Below are positions 55,300 through 64,000 of a stretch of DNA of 64,000 bases, piece after piece. Position 1 is the first letter of the stretch; every line of letters begins with the position of its first letter. The translations under genes and the position numbers were made by a program. The stretch is taken from NCBI GenBank assembly GCA_951406725.2, contig OX597818.1, forward strand, positions 22,692,001 to 22,756,000. Direction: 5' to 3'. The notes under the pieces are model-generated. The model was not told the origin of the DNA. It saw only the letters and a program-made list of their open reading frames with translations, and searched no databases. The stretch comes from Octopus vulgaris (taxonomy: Eukaryota).

Positions 55300-56050
55300 A
55301 TCTATCTTCTCCGCCCACTATTCCTAGGAGGGTCGTGAGGGTAGAATCCTCCGATACTTTCTCCGTAGAAGCCTATCATAAGCAACCGTCATTAGAAGAT
55401 CTGGATGGATTTTCAGCTGTGACCAACTGAGTCTATGGATATTATCCATGCATCCCGTTCTCGGTCTACTCCTTTGTCTCCTGCCGGTTGGCTTGTCTTG
55501 TAGAATGCTGGAGCTGCGCCAACTCCTCAAATTCTTATTTCTTTATTGCCCATAAGGGGCTAAATATAGAGGGGACAAACAAGGACAGACAAAGGGATTA
55601 AGTCGATTACATCGATCCCAGTACGAAATTGGTACTTAATTTATCGACCCCGAAAGGATGAAAGGCAAAGTCGACCTCGGCGAAATTTGAACTCAGAACG
55701 TAATGACAGGCGAAATACCTATTTCTTTACTTCCCACAAGGGGCTAAACACAGAGAGGACAAACAAGGACAGACAAAGGGATTAAGTCGATTACATCGAC
55801 CCCAGTACGTAACTGGTACTTTATTTATCGATCCCGAAAGGATGAAAGGTAAAGTCGACCTCGGCGGAATTTGAACTCAGAACGTAACTGCAGACGAAAT
55901 ACAGCTACGCATTTCGCCCGGCGTGCTAACGTTTCTGCCAGCTCGCCGCCTCAAATTCTACTACCTAATTCAGCCTCCTGTTTTTCATCATTCGTAAATA
56001 TGGTCCCGAGATACTTAAACTCCTCCACTTGTCTCAGTGGTGTTTCACAA
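55300..56050 (-). mobile_element. RTE LINE fragments interrupted by a SINE
   Basis: LRQVEEFKYLGTIF...ELGSRI (55960-56040) and ILQDKPTGRRQRSRPRTGCMDNI (55324-55530). Confidence 0.7.
55536..55950 (-). mobile_element. SINE family B dimer
   Basis: Same duplicated-body structure as 23421; TSD tcaaattct at 55527-55535 and 55951-55959. Confidence 0.9.
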
Positions 56051-56129
56051 ACATCCAGATTAAACAATGCATGCACATTATCGACAATGTGCATATATTG
56101 TGTATGAAAGATGAAATATAGATGGCAAT

Positions 56130-56223
<94 letters not shown>

Positions 56224-57396
56224 GTGGGTGTGTATATAAATCGAATTGGCGTACATTCTCTGGTAGTTGACATTTTTATTTATAATGTTGCACTTTCTAT
56301 ATAACATCAATGATAAACCAGGAAGCTGAAACAGAGCGATGCTCAAATATCGTCTGTCTGCTAAATATCGTAGCAACTCATGCTACAGAGCTCCTGTTTA
56401 TGATTGGTGTATGATATATGTAGTTCAACATTAGATATTCCATAATAGTTTTCTGGGTCTAGGTGCAGGACACCACCTTCTCGCATTTATAGTAAATATA
56501 ATATTTTTTTCATGGCTATTGAGTAGCGTGTTCTAAATGCAGTCATTAATTTACTCCCTTTCCTGTCTAATATTGCTATTTCAACTTCTATTTGAAACTG
56601 TAATGACTGAAACGGTATTGGCACCTATTGACTTACTATTGGTATTTAGCGCTATTTTGAGTTTAGATATAATATGTCTATAGTATTACATCCATATCTT
56701 TTCTTTCAGTAGCATGTGTCATGTACTTTAGTTTATTAACAAGTATTTGTAAGTCTATGCTTGATCTAATTCTCTTTATTCCAGTTTCATAATTTCCTAT
56801 TTTATTAGTTTCTTTTTTGTTCATTTCTTTTGTTTTCAATTTTGCTGTTCGGCATAATTTTCTAAACTGAATGAATCCATGTACTGTATACACAAGTGTT
56901 TCCAGTTAATTAAATTCTGCAAATTTTTTCAATTATTTCTGTAGAATAAAAATGGAAGTCATCTACAAACAAACAATATTTGATTCTCTCCCATTCCCGA
57001 ACGTATCGATGTGAGTTTTGTGTAAGTTTAGCATGTTGGTTGAAGTGTTAGCACTAGGTAGACAAGAGACCCCTTCTAATATTCCTTTTTTGATTGAGAT
57101 ACGGCTAGTTTTCTATTTCTGTCTTTTGTTAGTATCTGCAGAATCGTTTGCCATTTATTCATAACATATTTTATGGATCTGCTTATTGTCGGTACTAACT
57201 TACAACACAAACAACTGAAGAAAACTTCTAAGGAGATAGGCATGGTAGTTGAAACCAGATCAATCTGGCTGTGGTTAGTAAAGCAAAATTAAAAACCGCA
57301 AATGGAACCTTTCCGCAGGTAAAGCGTATAGGCTAAGAGCCGAAACGGTTTGAACCTGTAATACCTACATTGTGATGGATTCAGAAGGAAAGCTTA

Positions 57397-57488
57397 CAAT
57401 ACTTTTGAGTAGCTTCTTCAGTTTCTGCAACACTTTTGAATAGCTTCTTCAGTTTCTGCAATACTTTTGAATAGCTTCTGCAGTTTCC
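57397..57488. repeat. 31-bp tandem repeat x3
   Basis: Unit caatacttttgaatagcttcttcagtttctg. Confidence 0.9.
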
Positions 57489-57689
57489 GATATTTATTTC
57501 ACATGGCTAATGTTTTCAGAATCAATGTGAGGCGAACATTGACCAAAGCATTCTTATAAACAATGTATGTAATACATAAGCCTTCTTTCTCTTTCAACAA
57601 TTTTTGATTATCGCTTTACTACACAACAATTGATCATAACAACCAAGAGAGCGCTAGCATAATACCATCAAGCGAAACTCATCTATCCA

Positions 57690-58189
57690 TCTCTTTTTCT
57701 TTCTCCAGTTGCAAGCAAACGAGAAGAAATGCTTGATTTGCATACCGACATATGTTCGAGTACCTTCCTCTACTGTTTCCCTTAGTGTGTAGTCATGAAA
57801 GGATCGCTTCCTTCCTGTGCAATCAAAATCTTTAAGGCTCTCATCACCTCGCCGAAACCTCGGAAACCAATTCTGTACTGTGTGAACAGGAACCGATCCT
57901 TAACCAAATGCTTGGTTGATGCATCGTGCAGTTTCAGAAGCAGTCTTCATTAGTTTGTACTCATAAAGAAAACCCACATGAAAGTCGTTTTCGCTCGTGC
58001 TGTGGCTCGGATTGATTAATACAATCTGTAAAAAACAAAAATGGAAGCATAAGATCTTGAAAAGTTTTAAATAAAGTTATACTGTATGTAAGATGCCACG
58101 GTATACTCTATTTGTACCATGCAAATTTTCTTTATTCGTTGACGAGCATCAGTAGTCTAAACAACACCATTACTTTCTGGCCGACCAAA
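57690..58189 (-). mobile_element. Mariner 5' remnant (TIR plus N-terminal HTH)
   Basis: TIR-like tttggtcggccagaaagtaatg; FLYEYKLMKTASETARCINQAFG*GSVPVHTVQNWFPRFRRGDESLKD...GR. Confidence 0.82.
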
Positions 58190-58195
58190 TACATA

Positions 58196-58260
<65 letters not shown>

Positions 58261-58352
58261 GTACGTGCACACACACGCACATACACTCACACATATATGT
58301 ATCATATATTCGAAAAAGAAGCACAGTCTAAAACATAGAGCAGTAATGTATT

Positions 58353-58758
58353 TATATGCAGTTAAGTCTATGTCCAATCATAGAGTGACCAATGGTTTTA
58401 CATCCATAAAGGGCCTTGCCCCGTGGACGTCTCGTCAGACATATAACTCCAAGACATATAACTCTTCAACTCTGAGAGGCAAGAATCCGTTACCTTCAAT
58501 TAGCTTATAAGTAACCCAAAATAAACAATCTGGATCGGTGAGGATGGGTAATCTCCCTCAGACCAGTTCATGTAGACCAAAAGAGGGAGAACAGGAAATT
58601 TTGCCCTTAGGTTGGACCTTCCCGGGGGGAATCCCATGCTTGTAGCAGGTAGCAGGTCTTCGGTTTTAGAGTCTGACGAGTTGTCAATGGGGTTAGACAC
58701 TTTATGGATGTGAAGCCACTGGTCACTCTATGACCGGACATAGACTTAGCTGCATATA
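58353..58758. mobile_element. MITE or foldback element with ~90-bp imperfect TIRs
   Basis: 58353-58440 is the imperfect reverse complement of 58671-58758. Confidence 0.8.
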
Positions 58759-59478
58759 CTCCTTTATTAATATCAGTATATATCAATTAATCAATATTCA
58801 CAGATACCATCTGATGAGTTAGTATTTAAGTGTACAATATGTATAAATATTAAACTATTTCTGGATAATTTCTTTTCCTCCCTCTATTGTGGTAAAAGTT
58901 TGGTATATACTCAAAAGTATTCATAAATTTCTATCCTTTTGTTATAATATTCTTCTCTGAATAACCCTAAACTTTAACTCTATACAATATAGCAACATTG
59001 TTTAAAATATTTAACTATAGTACTACATGATAAGACTTCCCCTGTTTCATTATCAATGGTCTGCTAGTGGAAGACCCCCTTAATTGTCAGCTAACATCTT
59101 GTTTTTAAGTTTTCCTTTACCAAACTGCATGATATTGCTTCTAATAAATCTTGATTTTTATGACTATACCAACTATGATGTCTGTCTGCTCCCTCAGCCC
59201 TACCCCTAACAGATACTGCCCTCTGTTCTCTCAGCCTTAGAAATACAAGGGTTTTGATAAACTAGTCTATAAATTAAAACTGACCCCATAACAACAAACA
59301 AACAAAAAATCAGTGACAGAGTCTGTAACAATGTATATCTTCTTGAAAAGCCTAGTAACTTCTATGCTGGAGTAAGAACAGCATGTTCTTTGTCTATCTC
59401 TTTAACATCTTGGGGATTTTAGGTATAATTACACTAATGTGTCCATCTGTTCTAATTTAATTAAATTCTATGTCTTTG

Positions 59479-59565
59479 TGCAGCTGAAGATTGCTCTACA
59501 TTTTAAATTGATGTAATGATCGCATAGTTCAATTAAATGGAGTTGCCTGAAACGATCGTACTGCA
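59479..59565 (+). ncRNA. Hammerhead-like motif with long stem II
   Basis: TGCAG-CTGAAGA-(58 nt, partly paired)-GAAA-CGATCG-TA-CTGCA; followed ~35 nt later by (TA)n. Confidence 0.65.
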
Positions 59566-59594
59566 TTACCTCTGGATATTCTTGTTGCTTATTT

Positions 59595-59655
<61 letters not shown>

Positions 59656-59866
59656 TTAAGTAACGAGAAGATGGATTTGGTATTAAGTTTAATACTAAAT
59701 CCATCTTATCATTATTTAATATTATTACTCCAACTGACACTGCAGAATTCCTGAAGTAGTTCCAACAGAAATAATACGACTGCGGATGAAAACAGGAAGC
59801 CTAAAGCTGTGCCAGTGCTCTACTCAACACTTAAGCACACTAATCGACTTATACCTATCAGTCCAA

Positions 59867-59949
<83 letters not shown>

Positions 59950-59962
59950 CATTATTATTATT

Positions 59963-60447
<485 letters not shown>

Positions 60448-60490
60448 TTATTATTATTATTATTATTGTTATCATTATTGTTATTATTAC

Positions 60491-61085
<595 letters not shown>

Positions 61086-61102
61086 TTATTATTATCATTA
61101 TG

Positions 61103-61133
<31 letters not shown>

Positions 61134-61824
61134 TTCGTCAGTTACTTTTGTTGATTATTAATAGTGAGAAAATATATGTACATATGTTTTGAGTACTATT
61201 TTCCTGTTTGCATCACCAAACACAGACACTCACTCATTCACTCACTCACTCATTCACATAACTACTCACACATACACATGTATGTGTGCAGGTATGTATT
61301 CATCTAGATGCGTATGTATGTGTCCATAAATATGTAGGTACCAACATGAATACGTGTATGTATGTATGTATGTATGTATGTATGTATGTATGTATGTATG
61401 TATGTATGTATGTATGTATGTTTGTTTGTATGTATGTATGTACGTATGTATGTATGTACGTATGTATGTACGTATGCATGTATGTAAAGGAAGGGTTCAG
61501 TCAACTAGCTCTTTCCATAAAAATTCTAACCTTTTGCTAATACGTATGCGTATTATACAACCATATATGCGTGTGTTCGCGAGTGTATGTTTTGTTTTTA
61601 ATCTTGTATAGGTGTATGTGTGTGTGCTTGTGTATGCATCAGTGCACACACACACGCACACACACACACGAGGGAACAAAAGTTTTCTAGATGATGAAAG
61701 ATTGCATTATATACATGTCCTCTCATCCACCATCACTCTTCCGCTTTATCACCTCTCTCTGTGTCTATCTCGCCCAGTCACTCATTCCCTCCCTGTCCTC
61801 TCCCCCTCTCCCTTTCCCCTCTCA

Positions 61825-61867
<43 letters not shown>

Positions 61868-62324
61868 ACACACACACACACGCCACACTCCCAGGAATAT
61901 TTGCGACATAAGCAAAAGGACAAAAGTATTCAGATGGGAATTGAAAGCGTACTGTTGACTTGTCTCAATGAAAGTCACCGCCATGCTTACTCCCCACGAA
62001 AAAATTACAAAAAAAAATATGGCAGCCAGGCATGAAATTGAACCGTCTTCCACTCTGATTAAAATCTCTACCAGACTGATGCCCTGTCAAAAATGTTATT
62101 TCGAAATTTCCGGGGGATTTCGGTAGATCTAACAATTTACTTTTGTCTGTAATTTTTCCTATTTTACTTCTTTTTTTTTCTTCTTTTTGGTGGGGTTTCT
62201 TCTTTTTTTCTTTCTTTCCCTTCCAGACTACAGACATACCTCAACTCTTGTTTCCAAGACATACTATTTAACTCGAAAAACAACGTAACACGATAAAACG
62301 TATTTTAAAATTTATTAGCTTATA

Positions 62325-62544
62325 CGAAGGGTGCTGAAAACTTGCTGGCTTCAAGGTTATCGCGAGAGGCCTGGTTGGTGGCCCAACCGTTCTTCCGAAT
62401 TCTTTTACAGTGCTTAGAAACACTAAAGGACCGCTACAGTATATGTGTGGATCTGAGAGGGGAATATGTTGAATACAATCATAACTAACTAATCCTCCTG
62501 TGTTTTCTTTTATCCAAATCCCGGAACTTTTCATCACACCTTCG
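62325..62544 (+). mobile_element. Mariner-derived MITE
   Basis: TIRs cgaagggtgctgaaaa / ttttcatcacaccttcg; TA TSD; partial third copy at 62850-63024. Confidence 0.85.
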
Positions 62545-62572
62545 TATCTGTTTCAATAAATGATTTGTACCT

Positions 62573-62850
62573 TAGGCGGCAAGCTGGCAGAAACGTAAGC
62601 ACGCCGGGCGAAATGCGTAGCCGTATTTCGTCTGCCGTTACGTTCTGAGTTCAAATTCCGCCGAGGTCGACTTTGCCTTTCATCCCTTCGGGGTCGATAA
62701 ATTAAGTACCAGTTGCGCAATGGGGTCGATATAATCGACGTAATCTGTTTGTCTGTCCTTGTTTGTCCTCTCTGTGTTTATTTAGCCCCTTGTAGGTAGT
62801 ATAGAAACAGATATTTTGTCTGTCTTTACGTTCAGAGTTCAAATCCCTGA
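62573..62850 (+). mobile_element. SINE family B with start of a second body unit
   Basis: Full body then ...gaaacagatattttgtctgtctttacgttcagagttcaaatcc. Confidence 0.88.
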
Positions 62851-63178
62851 AAGGTCAGGCTGGAGGCCCAACCTTCTGAGTTCTTTAACAGGGTTTAGAA
62901 AAACTGAAGGACCGCTGCCGTATGTGTGTGAATCTGAAAAAGGAATATGTTGAATAAAATTATACTTAACTGACTCTTCTGTATTTTCTTTTACCCAAAA
63001 CCAGGAACTTTACTGTACCCCTCGTGTGTGTGTGTGTGTGTGTGTGTTTTTTTTTTTGTTTTATGTATGTATTCTCATGCACATAGTTGCATATCTAGAC
63101 ATGCTCATTATACTCCAGAAACAGTTGTGAGAATTTCCTCTTTACAAATGTCCTGAAATTTGTCGTCACGTTTTATTT

Positions 63179-63223
<45 letters not shown>

Positions 63224-63256
63224 ACACACACTCACACACACATACATTTATATATA

Positions 63257-64000
63257 TTGGGTCATCCCAATTTAATAATGGGACTCTAATCTAGCAAAAA
63301 CATATGTATTTTAATAAAAAATAATTGTGCACCTGTCATCCATAGGCTTACTATTAAAATTGTTCTATGAATCCACCTTCATTTCAATGCATAGCTGCTT
63401 CTATGCATGACCGGAATCGGTAACATGCCTCCAGTAAATGGTCCGTAATTATTTCGGACATCACCTGGACAATGGCGGCATCCAGTAAAGTTATGATATT
63501 ATGAGGATGTCGATTAATCTCCCTCTGAACATTGTTACAAAAGTAATATTCCATGGGGTTTAAATCAAGATGAATTCTGAGCCCATAAGTTTGGTATTAC
63601 ATGGACGAGTCTTGTTGAAAATACGTATCACCTTCTACTGAGTACTTCACCCACTCACAGTTTAACTACAGTTTCCAGCACCTTAACGTATCCAACAACA
63701 TTAATTCTAAAATTCTGTGGAAAAATGTGAGTTGACCTTCATTACTCACCCCTCCGGAAACCATCACAGTTACTGGAAACTTAATGTGCATCACTTCAGA
63801 GACATCAGAAGGCTCTGCACATAATCACCTGCAATTTCACATGTAAAACTATTGGTCTTTGTTGAAGATTTTTTTCGTCAAAGAACCATAATATTCTCGT
63901 GAGGATTTTAAGTGTGTTAAATAACCGCACGACAAGGATCAAATAGTTCTGCCGTGACTTTACAGACACGAATAATCCTCTCCTCTGTACAAACAAACGT
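63257..64000 (-). mobile_element. maT/DD37D-like Tc1-mariner transposase remnant, runs off the window
   Basis: WFFDEKN, KFPVTVMVSGGVSNEG, YVFQQDS, LWAQNS.DLNPMEY, ACYRFRSCIEA..EGGFIE; terminus ttgggtcatccca after TA. Confidence 0.8.

Noticed and set aside
56300-56900. Stop-interrupted minus-strand frame, possibly a decayed element ORF
   Set aside because: No recognisable motif; cannot be assigned without a database search.
57397-57488. 31-bp repeats as a CRISPR-like array or multimeric ribozyme
   Set aside because: No spacers and a eukaryotic context; CTGAAGA and GAAA occur on the minus strand but stems I and III are absent.
57990-58050. Minus-strand splice-acceptor-like ttttgttttttacag followed by an open frame, suggesting a host exon
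   Set aside because: The downstream frame is a mariner transposase N-terminus with stops, inside the element.
58671-58830. CTGACGA and CTGATGA matches (also at ~921, 4213, 15983, 41272, 51541)
   Set aside because: No correctly placed GAAA or no stem I/II pairing; expected by chance.

Overview
AT-rich, microsatellite-saturated eukaryotic DNA. The SINE families and repeat landscape look like an Octopus (coleoid cephalopod) intron or intergenic region; this is inferred from the repeats and not proven. I found no host protein-coding exon, and almost all supplied ORFs are translated microsatellites. The window is a mosaic of three tRNA-derived SINE families, decayed LINEs (CR1/L2-group, RTE, R4/Dong-like), a Penelope-like GIY-YIG remnant, Tc1/mariner/pogo/maT/hAT remnants and MITEs, and non-autonomous Helitrons. 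The most striking unannotated signal is a dense set of about 15 minimal type I hammerhead-ribozyme-like motifs on both strands, some intact and some decayed. Their layout is stem I-CUGANGA-stem II-GAAA-palindromic stem III-UH-stem I. Most sit in short (~200-330 bp) non-coding elements next to (TA)n tracts, including an inverted pair with a target-site duplication and a head-to-tail trio. All motifs were read by eye, boundaries are approximate, and catalytic activity is untested.
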